DNA of 64,000 bases from Mobula hypostoma (lineage: Eukaryota). The DNA lies in contig NC_086097.1 in NCBI RefSeq assembly GCF_963921235.1, positions 188,606,001 through 188,670,000 on the forward strand, in the 5' to 3' direction. The position numbers were made by a program, and so were the translations under genes. The notes below the pieces were generated by a model, which worked only from the letters and a program-made list of their open reading frames with translations, was not told where the DNA came from and searched no databases. This document shows positions 42,858 to 58,417 of this stretch, one piece after another (within the stretch, counting starts at the first letter, position 1; the number at the start of each line of letters is the position of its first letter).

Positions 42858-43144
42858 GGCACCATGGTAGCACACACTGGATAGTGCAATGCAAATACAG
42901 TTTGGGGTATCAGTGTTCAATTCCAACTTCATCTGAAAGGAGTCTGCACGTCGTTCCCTTGGAATGCATGTGTTTTTAGCGAGTGCTCCGGTTGCCCCCT
43001 CACAGTCCAAAGATATACCGATTAGTAGGTTGATTGGTCATTGTAAATAGTCCCATGATTAGGCTAGGGTTAAATCAGGGGTTGCTAGGCAGCGTGGCTC
43101 GAAGGGCGTATTCTACACTGTATCTCAATAAATAAATCAATAAA
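42858..43144 (+). mobile_element. tRNA-derived V-SINE-like element (HE1-type)
   Basis: A-box-like tggtagc, B-box-like gttcaattcc, V-domain-like gtgctccggtt...cacagtccaaaga, LINE-like tail and (AATA)n; weaker relatives near 27106 and 33520. Confidence 0.6.
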
Positions 43145-43384
43145 CACATTATAAACACTTTGCATAGAAATGGTGTTGACAAAGTCTGATCTGTTGGTCT
43201 ATACTTGTAGGTTTTCACAAGGGTTACTCCTAATCTCTCATATTGGGGTCTCCTATCCGCTCTTGCTTTTGGGACTCCTTCCTTAAACTTCTAATATAAT
43301 ACAGTCTCAAAATGCTACTTGACCTGCTGAGTATTTCTGATTTTTAGCATCTACTTTTCTTTTGGAGCTTAAAATTGAATTCAG

Positions 43385-44545
43385 TTGAATCGACTTTATT
43401 TCTTACATCCTTCATATACATGAGGAAAAATCTTTATGTTACGCCTCCATCTAAATGTGCAATTTATAGTAATTTTTAATAAATAGTATGTACAACAGGG
43501 TAGTAACAAAATAGTTAAATATGAACAGTCAATATAACATAGAAATACAGGTGTGTCAGCATGAATTAAGCAGTCTGATGGTCTGGTAGAAGAATCTGTC
43601 CTGGAGCCTGTTGGTCCTGGCTTTTATGCTGGTACTGCTTTCCCAGATGGTAGCAGCTGGAACAGCTTGTGGTTGGGATGACTCGGGTCTCCAATGATCC
43701 TTCAGGCCCTTTTTACACACCTGTCTTTGTAAATGTCCTGAATCGTGGGAAGTTCACATCTACAGCTGTGAACAGATATGTTGGGCTGTCCTACAATTGA
43801 ACAAAGTACAACTTCCATACCAGGCAGTGATGCAGCCAGTCAGGATGCTCTCAATTGTGCCCCTATAGGAAGTTTTTAGGACTTGGGGGTCCATACTAAA
43901 CTTCTCCAACTGTCTGAGGTGAAAGAGGCGCTGTTGTGCCTTTTCACCATACTGCCAGTACGAACAGACCACGTGAGATCCTCAGTGATGTTTATGCCGA
44001 GGAACTTAAAGCTGTTCACTCTCTCAACACCAGATCCACTGATGTCAACAGGGGCTAGCCTGTCTCCATTCCTCCTGTAGTCCACAACAAGCTCCTTTGT
44101 TTTTGCAACATTAGCAAGAGGTTGTTTTCCTAACACCACTGTGTCAGAGTGATGACTTCTTCTCTGCAGGCTGCCTCATTATCATTTGAGATTAGGCCAA
44201 TCAATGTAGTGTCGTCAGCAAATTTAATCAGCACATTGGAGCTGTGGGTGGCGACACAGTCATGGGTATACAGAGAATAAAGGCTTAGTACACAGCTCTG
44301 CAGGCACCTGTGTTGAGGGTCAGAGGGACAGAGGTGAGGGAGCCCACTCTTACCACCTGCCAGCGATCTGACAGGAAGTCCAGGATCCAGCTACACAAGG
44401 TAGGGTGAAGGCTGAAGTCTCTGAGCTTCTTGTTCTGCCTGGAGGGAATTAAGGTGTCGAATGCTGTCCAAGAACAGCATTCTAATATAAACACCCTTCT
44501 TCTCCAGATGTGTAAGGACTGTTGGTAAATTAAGATCTGCATTCG
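43385..44545 (-). mobile_element. Rex1/Babar-like LINE 3' portion
   Basis: WILDFL, KTKELVVDYR, FKFLG and ESILTGCITAWYG motifs; same 3' end as the fragment at ~20712-21150. Confidence 0.8.
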
Positions 44546-45285
44546 CCTTTGTCTGGTAATGTCACATACACAAGGCAGACCCCAGCTTGTTTAAGCTTGG
44601 ATTTTATAGCTCTTCCCGTTATATCAATTGTTTGCCCTTCTTTTCTTATTCAGAAACCTGAATGAAAGCTTTGAACCTTTACTTTCATGTTTAGCTTCCC
44701 ACTACTACTTGCTCTGTTAACTTCATCCTCCTGTATTTTTGCTGGTAACATCTCAGTTTTCATACTTCTCCATGGCCTTGCACCATTTCTCTGTAAAAGC
44801 ATCTAACTAGTTAATGCTTTGGGATATCTGAACAACTCTACTACTGGTCTCTTAATTATACCAACATATAATCAACCATTTGTGACCATGTATTCAGCTG
44901 CTAAGCTCTTAGTTTGCAATACCCCCATTAAACCTTCTTATCTGTTCACATTTCTTTGCAATCCTTCTTTAAACATATCACATTAACTAAGCTTTTGGTC
45001 ATTCACCCATTATTTTCTTATGCAGCTTGATATCAAATATCATTTGATAACATTTCTATGAGTTATCTTTTGATATATTAAAGATACCACATGAATTTAC
45101 TGTCATTTTAGAGACTGAGAATAGGAAGATTGGAATTACTAATGTGGGAGATGGAAATATGAAATTGCCACATGATAAATATGTAGACAGTTTCATGTTA
45201 ATATATATACAATAAAAAATTGATAAAAAGCTTTGATTTAAACATTATGACTGACGTGTTTAGTGTTAAATTTAAAAAAATCTTA

Positions 45286-45468
<183 letters not shown>

Positions 45469-45837
45469 TTATTTGTCAATTAAATATTATTTGCTATTTA
45501 TAGTATATATAACTCTAAATAAGGCTTCTGAGAGAAAATTCAGAATAACATGCAAGGAGTAAATTCCCGCTGAAAAGAATACTCTTTTGGATAATGTTTC
45601 AGATCAATAGTGTTTCATACACTGGTTATTTCTAATGATAGGTAAATGACCCAAAGCATTAACTTTCTCTCTCTACAAGTGTTACTCGGGCTGGGTGTTT
45701 CTAACTTTGAGTTTTTGTTATATGCCAGCATCCACATTATTTTGTACAGTTTCATTAAAACTAAATACCTTAACAAAAAAAATTTTTTAAATGAAGCAAA
45801 CCAAAAATGTCAAAATTAAGTACAAGTTATAGTTATT

Positions 45838-48800
45838 ACCATAAGACCATAAGACAAAGGAGCAGAAGTCGGCCATTCGGCCCAGCGAGTCCGCTCCGCC
45901 ATTTTATCATGAGCTGATCCATTCTCCCATTTAGTCCCACTCCCCCGCCTTCTAACCATAACCTTTGATGCCCTGGCTACTCAGATACCTATCAATCTCT
46001 GCCTTAAATACACCCAATGACTTAGCCTCCACTGCTGCCTGTGGCAACAAATTCCATAGATTCACCACCCTCTGGCGAAAAAAATTTCTTCGCATTTCTG
46101 TTCTGAATGGGCGCCCTTCAATCCTTAAGTCATGCCCTCTCGTACTAGACTCCCCCATCATGGGAAACAACTTTGCCACATTCACTCTGTCCATGCCTTT
46201 CAACATTTGAAATGTTTCAATGAGGTCTCCCCTCATTCTTCTAAACTCCAAGGAATACAGTCCAAGAGCGGACAAACATTCCTCATATGTTAACCCTCTC
46301 ATTCCCGGAATCATTCTAGTGAATCTTCTCTGTACCCTCTCCAACGTCAGCACATCCTTTCTTAAATAAGGAGACCAAAACTGCCCACAGTACTCCAAGT
46401 GAGGTCTCACCAGCACCTTACAGAGCCTCAACATCACATCCCTGCTCCTATACTCTATTCCTCTAGAAATGAATGTCAACATTGCATTCGCCTTCTTCTC
46501 TACTGACTCAACCTGGAGGTTAACTTTAAGGGTATCCTGTACGAGGACTCCCAAGTCCTGTTGCATCTCAGAACTTTGAATTCTTTCCCCATTTAAATAA
46601 TAGTCTGCCCGTTTATTTTTTCTGCCAAAGTGCATAACCATACACTTTCCAACATTGTACTTTATTTGCCACTTCTCTGCCCATTCTTCCAATCTATCCA
46701 AGTCTCTCTGCAGACTCTCCGTTTCCTCAGCACTACTGGCCCCTCCACCTATCTTCGTATCATCACCAAACTTAGCTACAAAGCCATCTATTCCATAATC
46801 CAAATCGTTGATGTACAATGTAAAAAGAAGCGGCCCCAACACTGACCCCTGTGGAACACCACTGGTAACCGGCAGCCAACCAGAATAGGATCCCTTTATT
46901 TCCACTCTCTGTTTCCTGCCAATCAGCCAATGCTCTATCCACGTATGTAACTTTCCCGTAATTCCATGGGCTCTTACCTTGTTAAGTAGCCTCATGTGTG
47001 GCACCTTGTCAAAGGCCTTCTGAAAATCCAAATATACAACATCCACTGCATCTCCCTTGTCTAGCCTACTGGTAATTTCCTCAAAAAATTGTAATAGGTT
47101 TGTCAGGCAGGATTTTCCTTTAAGGAATCCATGCTGAGTTCTGCCTATCTTGTCATATACCTCCAGGTACTCTGTAACCTCATCCTTGACAATCGACTCC
47201 AACAACTTCCCAACCACCGATGTTAAGCTAACAGGTCTATAATTTCCTTTTTGCTTCCTGGCCCCCTTCTTAAATAGCAGAGTGATATTTGCAATCTTCC
47301 AGTCTTCCAGAACCATGCCAGAATCTATCGACTTTTGAAAGATCATCGCTAATACCTCCGCAATCTCCACAGCTACTTCCTTCAGAACACGAGGGTGCAT
47401 TCCATCTGGTCCAGGAGATTTATCGACCTTTAGACTATTCAGCTTCCTGAGTACTTTCTCTGTCGTAATTGTGACTGCGCACACTTCTCTTCCCTGACAC
47501 CCTTGAGTGTCCAGTATACTGCTGATACCTTCCTCAGTGAAGACTGATGCAAAATACTCGTTCAGATCCTCTGCCATTTCCTCATCTCCCATTACAATTT
47601 CTCCAGCATCATTTTCTATCAGTCCTATATCTACTCTCACCTGTCTTTTAGTCTTCATATACTTGAAAAAGCTCTTAGTATCCTCTTTGATATTATTTGC
47701 TAGCTTCCTTTCATAGTTAATCTTTTCTCTCTTAATGACCTTCTTGGTTTCCTTTTGTAAGGTTTTAAAAACTTCCCAATCCTCTGTCTTCCCACTAATT
47801 TTTGTTTCCTTGTATGCCCTCTCTTTTGCTTTAACTTTGGCTTTGACTTCTCTTGTCAACCACGGTTGCATCCTTTTTCCACTCGAAAAGTTCTTCTTTT
47901 TTGGAATATACCTGTCTTGCACATTCCTCATTTCTCGCATAAACTCCAGCCACTGCTGCTCTGCCGTCTTTCCCGCCAGTGTCTCTTTCCAGTCAACTTT
48001 GGCCAGTTCCTCTCTCATGCCACTGTAGTTTCCTTTACTCCACTGAAACACCAACACATCAGATTTTGGCTTCTCTTTTTCTAATTTCACAGTGAACTCA
48101 ATCATGTTATGATCACTGCCTCCTAAGGGTTCCTTCACCTCAATCTCTCTAATCACCTCCGGTTCATTACACAATACCCAATCCAGTACAATCGATCCCC
48201 AAGTGGGCTCAACAACAGGCTGTTCTAAAAAGCCATCTCGCAGACATTCTACAAATTCTCTCTCTTGAGATCCAGTGCTGACCTGATTTTCCCAATCTAC
48301 TTGCATGTTAAAATCCCCCATAATTATCATAACACTGCCCTTCTGACAAGCCTTTTCTATTTCTGGTTGTAATTTGTAGTCCACATCACTGCAGCTGTTT
48401 GGAGGCCAAAAATAATGGCCATCAGGGTCCTTTTACCCCTGCTATTTCTTAGCTCAACCCATAAAGATTCTGCACCTTCCGATCCTATATCACCTCTTTC
48501 TAATGATTTAATATCATTTCTTACCAATAAAGCCACGCCTCCCCCTATGCCTACCTTCCTATCCTTCAGTTACACCGTGTATCCTTGGACGTTCAGCTCC
48601 CAGAGACATGCATCCTTTAGCCAGGTCTCAGTGATGGCCACAATATCATACCTGTCAATCTGTAGCTGTACAACAAGATCATCCACCTTATTTCTTATGC
48701 TGCGTGCATTTAAGTACAACACCTTAAGACCAGTATTTGATACTTTTCGCTTTGATTTCACTGCAACTTCATTGCACTGCAACTCATCCCAATGGCTACA

Positions 48801-49176
48801 AATTTGCCCCAAGACCTGCCTGACTTTCCTGACATCTTTACTGCTCACTACCTTAGATTTATTTCTGTTTTCCCCTTCCTCCGCTCTATCATTCTGGTTC
48901 CCATCCCCCTGCCAAATTAGTTTAAACCCTCCCTAACAGCTCTACTAAACTTTCCTGCCAGGATATTGGTCCCCTTTGGGTTCAGATGTAACCTATCCTT
49001 TTTGAACAGGTCATACTTCCCCCAGAAGAGATCCCAATTATCCAAGAATCTGAAGCCCTGCCCCCTACACCAGTCTCTCAGCCACGCGTTCATCTGCCTG
49101 ATCCAACTATTCTTGCCCTCGCTAGCACGTGGCACAGGTAGCAATCCCGAGATTACTACCCTGGAGGTCCTGCTTC
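45838..49176 (-). mobile_element. Young 5'-truncated CR1 LINE, same subfamily as 5488-8940; 810-aa uninterrupted ORF2 segment
   Basis: ORFs 45952..48384, 48570..48848 and 48917..49144; premature stop at ~48570 and frameshift at ~48410; (TATGGTCT)n tail. Confidence 0.95.
48920..48926 (-). promoter_or_regulatory. Candidate -1 ribosomal frameshift heptamer U_UUA_AAC, second CR1 copy
   Basis: Same GGT TTA AAC TAA context; -1 frame open; no AUG before the endonuclease domain. Confidence 0.55.
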
Positions 49177-50573
49177 AACACATTTAATGAGATATAGATG
49201 CAAACCTACAAAAAGTAGAATCTTTTGCAACTTTATGTAATAATATTAACTACTTGTAACTTAATGACGTCCTTAGTTTGGTAATGATTATACTGTGCAC
49301 AGAAACTGGTTAAAAAAAAAGTCCAAACATTTTACTTAAGTCCTTTAGTTCAGAAAAGGATTATTCATCTGATTATTCTGAGGCAATTTCAAATCCTATG
49401 CAGAAAGTTGTTACAATATGTCTAGGAATGAGGTTTCTAGGGTGCTACCAAGAAACCAAGTGCAAATTTTGGTTGAAATAGTGCTAGCTAGGTTACAAAA
49501 TCAAACATTCATTACAATGTACTTGTAAATTCATACATTTAAAAGTCTTCCTTCAACAAACATAAATAGTTAGTTTAATAAAGTATAATTAGTTATTCCT
49601 ATTTTCCATTATGCACGGCCAGAGGAAGTGGTGCTAGTAGATACCACACCAATGTTAAAGAAATACAATGAACAGGTAGGGAATGGAGGGATGGTGACCC
49701 TGTGCTGCACATATGCAGTTTAAAGTGGCATCATGGTCAGCACAGATACCATGGACTGAAGAATCTGTGCCTGTGCTGTACTGTTGTATGTTCTATAAAT
49801 ATAAAACTGAGAACTTGGCATTATTTTTTATTACAGCTAAAACCAGACTGATCACAAAAATAAACAATCTTAATTGTGATGTCTAATCATTTATCTATGA
49901 ATAACCACATTTTAAATCACTGAAACTCACTTAAAGAAAACCTAAACTGAATCATTTACTTTCATTGGTGCACATTAAACAGTTAGTTCAGTTACCTTTA
50001 ATAGGTTAAAAACCTTTAACTCATCCCAAAATACTCTCCTCAGTCACCATTTTTGCGACAAGATGTACAATATGCATAACTTTAGATTATGGTTATGGAT
50101 CATGGAAATTTTGAATCATCCTTGAAGAATATGCTGTAAACCAATTTAGCCTATCTGAAACCAGTGTAAACCAGCCAGCAATTATAGGCTCCGTTTTTTC
50201 AGCACTTTGTGTGTGCTTCTCAGTTTCTTTTTAATTTAGGTTAACCAGAAACATAAATAATTTTTGAAGGGAAAATATTATATTTAGGTTGGAATATTGT
50301 AGATTCTCATTCATGCTTTCCTGGTGTCTACTTTCCAAGCTTTGCTAATGAAGACAGGCAACATTAAAAGTCCAATTTTTGGCTGCATTCAGAGCTGCAG
50401 ATGAAAACAAAATATCAAGCTATTTTTGCAAAGTCACCAACAAGTATATTAGCAGAAGTTTGGAAAATGTCACTTGAACAGAACTTCATAAGCAGATTTA
50501 GGTTTCCACTTTAATCAACTCAAAAACCCTTTCTGTTAAACTTCACCTAAAATCAATTTGTGAGTTAAAGTTA

Positions 50574-50756
<183 letters not shown>

Positions 50757-52245
50757 CTACAAAAAACACAAATTTGCATTGTTGTTTAATGAAGAACATA
50801 CATACTGATACGCTAATTTGGATACAAAGTCATAAATCCAATCTTATTGGTGCAAAATAGTATTAATTAAACAAATCTATGGGCAATTAACTTTGACACT
50901 CTTTTTGGAATATTGGGATAATACTTCCTCCAAGTGAATCACAACCTCATTATGATTTGGAAGCTTGTGTGCCTCAATGACCCGGAAAGCTATAAACAAC
51001 AGAAAATCTGCAGATGCCAGAAATACGAGCAACACACACAAAATGCTGGAGGAATTCAGCAGACTAGCTAGGCAGCATCTATGGAAAAAAGTACAGTTGA
51101 CAATTCGTGCCAAAATCCTCTGGCAGGACTGGGGGAAAAAAAAGCTATGTCCAAGTCAAGTCACTTTTTATTGTCATTTTGACCATAACTGCTGGTAGAG
51201 TACACAGTAAAAACGAGACAACTTTTTTCAGGACCATGGTGCTACATGAACAATACAAAAACTATACTGAACTATGTAAAAAACGCAAAGCTACACTAGA
51301 CTACACAGCTACCCAGGACTGCATAAAGCGCACAAAACAGTGCAGGCATTACGATAAATAATAAACAAGACAATATGCACAGTAGAGGGCAGTAAGTTGG
51401 TGGCAGTCCAGGCTCTGGGTATTGAGGAGTCTGATGACTTGGGGGAAGAAACTGTTGGCTGGAGCAAAGCTTTATTCTTTGGCTCTTGGTAGGGTCACCC
51501 ACGCAAAACAGGTCAAAGGGTAGAGGCCAGACTAAGAGTGGCTCACCGGTCCTCCAGGTTCAGCCCAGGGCTAACAACCTTGATTGGTGAAACAAAATTA
51601 TTACAGAAACAGCAATGAAGAACCCGCTAACATTTGAGTGCATATAGGCAGGAGAATTACAATAGATTTGGGTTCCTATCATTGGAAAATCACACTAGAA
51701 AGTAATGCACAGATTTTTTTTCCATTTATTATTTTCATAATCCTGGCAATTTCCCCAAATTGCTACAGTCAGTGAAGTTTTGGCATTCTTGTAATTTAGA
51801 GAAATAGAACGGTCCAGTCTCAAAAACAACAGTGAGTTAAGTGTCACAGTAATCTTTTTTTAGCAATGCTAGCAAAAGTACAAATGTTGAGCAGAACACT
51901 GAGAATATCCCTCAAAATAAAACCCATGAGATTATTCATCTAGCTGACAGCCAGACGCTGAACTGAACATGTCATCTACAGGATAACATTTACAATAAAG
52001 CACTCAGGTTTCCCTCAGATTCACTTGCTTCATTGCAAATACCTTCCCTTGCTTTCCTGATCTCTCGCTCTCTCTCCATCTCAGGAAATAGATTATGTAC
52101 TGATATCTACAAAACCACAGTAACCTTCACAGCATCTTTTTCTTCTCCATCACTTGCAAGGATACTATTCCCTTCTCTCAGCTTTCATCTCCACCTCATC
52201 TGTTATCATGATGAGGCTTTCACTCCATGATATCCGAGATGTCCT

Positions 52246-52820
52246 GAGTTGTCAGGGGTTGGTAATGGGATCGCTTCTTTTCACATTGTGTGTCAATAAT
52301 CTGGATGAAGGAATTGTCAGCTTTTTGGCCAAGTTTGCAAACACTAATAAACAGGTGAAAGAGCAGATAGTGTTGAGGAAGCAGGAAGTCTGCAGGACTT
52401 GGGCAGATTAATAGAATGGGCAAATAGGTGGCAATGGAATAGCGTAGGGAATTACAGTCGTACACTTTGGTAGGAGTAAAGGCGTAAACTATTTTCTAAA
52501 CGGGGAGCAAATTCAGAACTCAGATGTGCAAAGGGACTTGAGGGTCCTTGTGCAAGATTCCCTGAAGGTTAACTTGTAGGATAAGGAAGGCAAATGCGAT
52601 GTTAGCACTCATTTTGAGAGGACAAAACTATAACAGCAAGGATGTATTATATAAGATATAAAAGTAAGACATTGGCCAGACTGCACTTGGAGTACGGTAA
52701 GCAGTACTGGGCCCTTTATCCAAGAAAGGATGTGTTGGCATTGGAGAGGGTCCAGAGGAGGTTCACAAGAATGAAAGTGGGAATGAAAGAGTTAACACGT
52801 GAAGTGTGTTTGATGGCTCC
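52246..52820 (+). mobile_element. Degenerate CR1 RT fragment
   Basis: ORFs 52154..52411 and 52642..52860 (LERVQRRFTRM). Confidence 0.7.
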
Positions 52821-53648
52821 AACGTCTTATGAACTCCCCAGCAAATTTCCAACTAATTAATTATCTCTATAAACCAGATGCAGGGCCCGTCCTTGTTGTT
52901 CAGAGAAAATTTATGTCCAAGGCCCACTCTACGGAATGCCAGGGAAGTTGCACATGTATTGCTTGCATCCGTGCGTGTTTCATGTAAAAGTTTAACCAAT
53001 TCTGCACAGCCACTCAATCCCACAGCACTTTGAACCATGAATGTTAAAGGACTGAATATCTGTACTAGTGAATTTAATCAATTTAGGCACTATTTATTTA
53101 ATCTAGCTTAAATTACAGGTACAGTAAATGTTTTCAGCAATTTATCACTATCTTTCTTTTCAGTGAGTAATGACAACTTCTTCAATGATAACATGCTTTG
53201 GGATTATCAATTGGGAAAAATACTGAAGTGAAAGCTCCTGCATCCTGAGATTTAAAGTGTTGTACTTCATTGCTCATAAAAGCTGTCGAATCCACTGGCA
53301 ATCTAGCTCACTGCTATCACACAATTTACCCAGTAGAGGGCATAGAAAACCATTATTCATGGATCAACCTTCAGTTATTCTGAAAACACAATTTGACATT
53401 GCTCAATTTCTGCAGAGAAAGAAGAATATAACTCCTTAGCAGTAACCCAGTATTTATTCCATCAACCTAAAATGGATTATGATTTTTTATCCTTACATGT
53501 AATTACACAGAGAAGTAGTTTCTATTCAGCGTTTAGATGTTAATACCATATGCTACAATGTAAATTATGCTTCAAATAACCTATCATTAAAGATTTATTC
53601 CGCCTTCAAAAAGATGTCTTCCAGGAACACAGACTTAGTACGTGACTA

Positions 53649-53882
<234 letters not shown>

Positions 53883-53926
53883 TTAAACATCACTTTTAAT
53901 CAATGCCATCCCTTGGATTATTTAAA

Positions 53927-54132
53927 CACAAAATAATCTGCAGATGCTGGGGTCAAAGCAACACTCACAACACACTGGAGGAACTCAGCAGGTGGGGCAG
54001 CATCCATGGAAAAGATCAGTCGACGTTTCGGGCCGGTCCTGACGAAGGGTTCCAGCCTGAAACATCAACTGATCTTTTCCATGGACGCTGCCCGACCTGC
54101 TGAGTTCCTCCAGTGTGTTGTGAGTGTTGCTA
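53927..54132. mobile_element. Third subfamily of the Penelope-derived fold-back element, with a hammerhead motif on + (core 54039-54066)
   Basis: 77-bp inverted arms 53957-54033/54055-54131; TSD ggattatttaaa at 53915-53926 and 54133-54144. Confidence 0.85.
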
Positions 54133-56288
54133 GGATTATTTAAAAATATATATTCTGCCAATATTGCTCAAATGGATATTCCACTCCACAAGATCGATTA
54201 AGAGCTTAAAAATTTCTCAAATTATAAAATTATTAACAAATTAATTATAAAATTATTAACAGACATGCTAATTCATTTATTGCATTTAAAATACAGTGCA
54301 AGTTCCTTTAAATAAAATGGAAATGATCTCTGCTTGCCATATGATAAAGAAAAGGCTTATCTATATTGTTCATAGAATGATAATGAAGTTCTTTCTGTGG
54401 ACTGCAGCACCGGTAATATAAAATTACCCCATAAAAGGAAGAGAGAAATATTCCTTGCAGCTACAAGTATATTGGTCTAATGTTAGTAGTGGGAAAACTT
54501 TTTAAAAGAAGGCCATTGAAACAAGCCATAATTAATTCTCACATGGAGAAACTATTTGTTTTTAAAAGGATAGTCAACAGTGAAATATTAAAAGACAATT
54601 AAGTTATTCAACCTGATTACATGACAAAGCAAAATGACAGGCTGATGTTATACATACGGACCATCAGGAGGAATTTAACAAAGTACATTGTATTTTGTTT
54701 AGTGTTACTTTGCAAAATAGTGATTTATTAAAATGTTCCTGGTCCTTCTGTCCATTTCCTCACAGATACAACCCCTCCTCCAACGCATATGTTCAAAAAA
54801 GATATTGACTCGGGGTTTGCACATTGCAATGCAGAATCTAATGTGAATCATTATTCTCTTTCTTGCTATCCTGAGAACCTGCTGCAAATTCCTTTCTGCT
54901 GTTGCAATAGGAATCTGGGTGCAAGAACGTTAATGTGAATCCCTGCCTTGCCCTGGCACTCCTGAAGCAATTTATTGGCCATAGCATGGCGTGAAGATGG
55001 TGACTGCTAAAGGATGGCTTTAGGCAGAGCAGGGCAAGCCATATGTCCACTTAGCACTGAGATGTGCTTAAGGCTGCAGCCTAGCAAGCATGGTAAGTTT
55101 GGGTATTTCTTGGGACAGGCAGATTCTGCTCCAGTGTGTGCAAGACTAACCAGATTCTATGGTCTCTCATCATATCTTTTCACTCTATTTGAAGGTGCTG
55201 CCTCCTCTTCAGCTTTATGCACCCTGGAAATGTATTTGCATTAACAAGCTCAAAGTTGGCACTTAAGGGAGAGTGACAACTTAGCTACAAAATTATCTGA
55301 GAGATGGGAGTTGAGGGGTGGTGATGATGAAGGTATAGATTTTTGCCACAGGGTCTTTTAATGCCACGTATCAAGATCATTGTTTTTCTTGCAATATATA
55401 AATAGCTTTAACTGAGTACAGCAAGTCCAGTAACATGAAGAGTAAACACAATATGCAAGAGACTTCAGGATACTAAGCTTTGTAATTATGGGAGTGAATA
55501 CAAAATCTAAGCATCTGTTCTAAATCTTTGCTTATCTGTGGTCAGGCCTCAGCTGAAATAGTTCTGATTGCAGATTCTGAAGAACATTAAGACAATATCT
55601 TAAAACAAAAGGCAGTATCTTTTCCCAGGGTTGAAATGTTTAATACCAGAGGCATTTAAAGGTAAGAGGAGGTAAGTTCAAAGGAGATGGATATGGACTA
55701 TGTAGGCAAATGGGATTAGTTTAGTTGGCCATTTGATTACTAATTTAATTGGTTCTGAAGAGCCTGCTTCTGCACTGTACTGCTCTATCTTCTATGAAAT
55801 GCAGAGGATCTATAAGAGGTTTACTAAGGTGTCACTAAGTACAAAATACATCAGTTAAGCAGAAAAAAATAGAATTGCTGGAATGGCCCTCTGTAAAGTT
55901 ATTTTAATTGATCAGGGGTCAAATAGAAAGAAACTATTTTCTCTGCCAAGTGGATCAGATCTCACAGATTTAAAATAATTAGCAAAACAACTAGTGAAGC
56001 ATGAATTCCTTCATATAGTAGGATGCTTAAAAAAGGTAGAATCAAAAGTCCAAATCAGTTTTCAATAAAAGAAAATCAATATATCTTGAAAAGGATTAAT
56101 TTGCAGTATAGTATGAGCCTACTTTTTTGTTCTTTTTGGGTTAAAAATATAATCAATTTATTTTGCTCTTAGTTCAAATATATGTTGGAGTATTTAGGAT
56201 CTTCAGATGCACAAAGAATCAATAATTATTACTTTTTGCTGACCTGCACTGGAAATAAATCCATTTGCAAATATTTGTACTGTAATTA

Positions 56289-56399
<111 letters not shown>

Positions 56400-56882
56400 T
56401 CATGAAACTGTTTAATAGCAGTTTACAGACAGTTGGAATAAATTGTGCAACTTATGCTCACTCTGTTCCTACTTAATTCAATTTTAATTGCACATAAAAA
56501 TGATACACATTGAATGCAAACTATTATGGTATTCTTTCATATCATTCATAAGGCAATCTCTGATATTTTAAATTAAAGAAAAATTTTTATCCAAACGTCA
56601 GCTACTTACACGTCTCTTTATAATACAGGGTGTACAGTAAATATAATTCAAGAGAACCCTTGTGTTGACAAATTTCAGTATCTCCTAGAAAATTCTAATC
56701 AGCAATGTCATATTAGCACTAGAAGCTGAATTAGTTTCTACATACAGTCAAATATTGTTTTTTATGAATCATTTTGTTTTCAGCTATTATACTTCAGGAA
56801 TTGGAGACCCATTGCACTTTGAATGCGGATTATAAATTCCTGTTCCAGACTATTAGCAACCAGGTCAAGTATAGTATAGGTG

Positions 56883-58417
56883 GGAGGTTCCGGTGACGTC
56901 ATCGTTCAGAATGGCAGCTTAAATCAACAGCTCCTCCGGAAAAACACATATTTTGCCCTGTTAATCCATCAAATATAAGATCTTTCGAAAATATCTGAAT
57001 TGATAAGGGGGGCAAGAATGGAGATAAAAAAAAGCACCATTGCGGAGCCTATGGAAGAGAGAGGTACAGCGCGCGGCTCTCCTACACGTGCGCGTGGCGG
57101 CGAAGCTGACGCTGGGCCTTGTGCAGGTGAAGCAGCAAATATGATAAGGATTTTGGAAGAGATAAGGGAACTCCAAAAAGATATAAAGCAGCAGCTCAAT
57201 GATATAAAGTCAGAGCTCGCCAACGTCAATCAGAAAATAGCGGTGGCAGAGACTCGAATTGAGAAGATGGAAGACCATTACTGTGGTCAAACCAAGAAAA
57301 GTCTGGCTGAGCAGTTATCCCGAACTGCTTGGGAAATAAGTAAGAGAACCGAGAAAGCAGGGGACAGGAACAGGACGAGTGAAAGATATTAGGAAGAGAC
57401 TGTCAGTTCTCCGAGGGCAGCCCTCACCTCCTCCAGAAGAGCCATAAGGTTTGGCTAACTTTAAAAGTGCTGATAAACTAAACGGAAGCAAAAGTAGATG
57501 GTGATATACCTATCTCTAGAAATACGTGTTATAATGTGGATTTTATATTACTCAATTTAAAAAAATCATTTATTCATTCCTTTTTCCCCACCTAAATGAT
57601 AATATATACATGGGAGGAATACACAGGGAAATAATTTCTGTGTAATGGGCATAGTTTTTTTTTAACTTACTTTTATAGGTACTTCAGCAGGGGCCCTCAA
57701 CCCACAGGTAGGAGGGGCTATCCCCCACAGCTAGACTTTTCTTCTAGCCCAACCCAGGGTCATCTAGAGACCCCAGCCTTGGAACCACACCTTCCTTACC
57801 ATTCTTTTTATTATTCACTTTTCTCGGTTCTTATTTGTTCAGGGTGTAGATCAATTAAGTTATATTCTGCAAATTTCAATGATATACTAACAAATAAATA
57901 CACTTAGAGTAAGACCATATATTTTGGGCATATACCTCAAGAATGGTTGAAAAGAGATAAGTATAAATATTTAATGAATGTACTGCTGGTGGCTGGTAAA
58001 AAGACCCTGACCAGGAAATGGTTATCTCAGGAGAGCCCAACTTTAAATGTATGGATGGAAATTACAATGGATATTTACAAAATGGAGAAGATAACAACAT
58101 CTGTTAATCATAAGTTTGAACAATTTTATTCATACTGGAAAAATTGGTTTAACTACATAACATCTCACAGGCTTGATTTTATTCTCACAATCAATGAATA
58201 TGTTGTTAAAAAAAAATCACTCCCTACTCTGTACATAGTTCTCTTCTTTCGATTGTTCTCTTTCCTCCTCTTTCTACAAGAGTATACTTCAGATAAATGT
58301 TATGTGGAGATTTGTGACAAATATGATTATATGATATATATGTACAGTATCTGAAATACATCCTATGGAAATGTTTGTTTGATGATGAAATTCAATAAAA
58401 AATAAATTACACACAAA
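56883..58417 (+). mobile_element. Internally deleted L1-clade LINE retaining both ends
   Basis: CpG-rich 5' end; coiled-coil ORF1 start (ATG 57018); L1-type ORF2 C-terminus (57947 onward, RKW...W...YWKNW); AATAAA and A-rich tail; TSD aagtata(g/t)tataggtg at 56867-56882 and 58418-58433. Confidence 0.8.

Noticed and set aside
54700..55250. Non-repetitive-looking stretch with short ORFs; possible alternative exon or enhancer
   Set aside because: No recognisable protein motif, and the flanking WWP1 exons already join in frame; needs a conservation test
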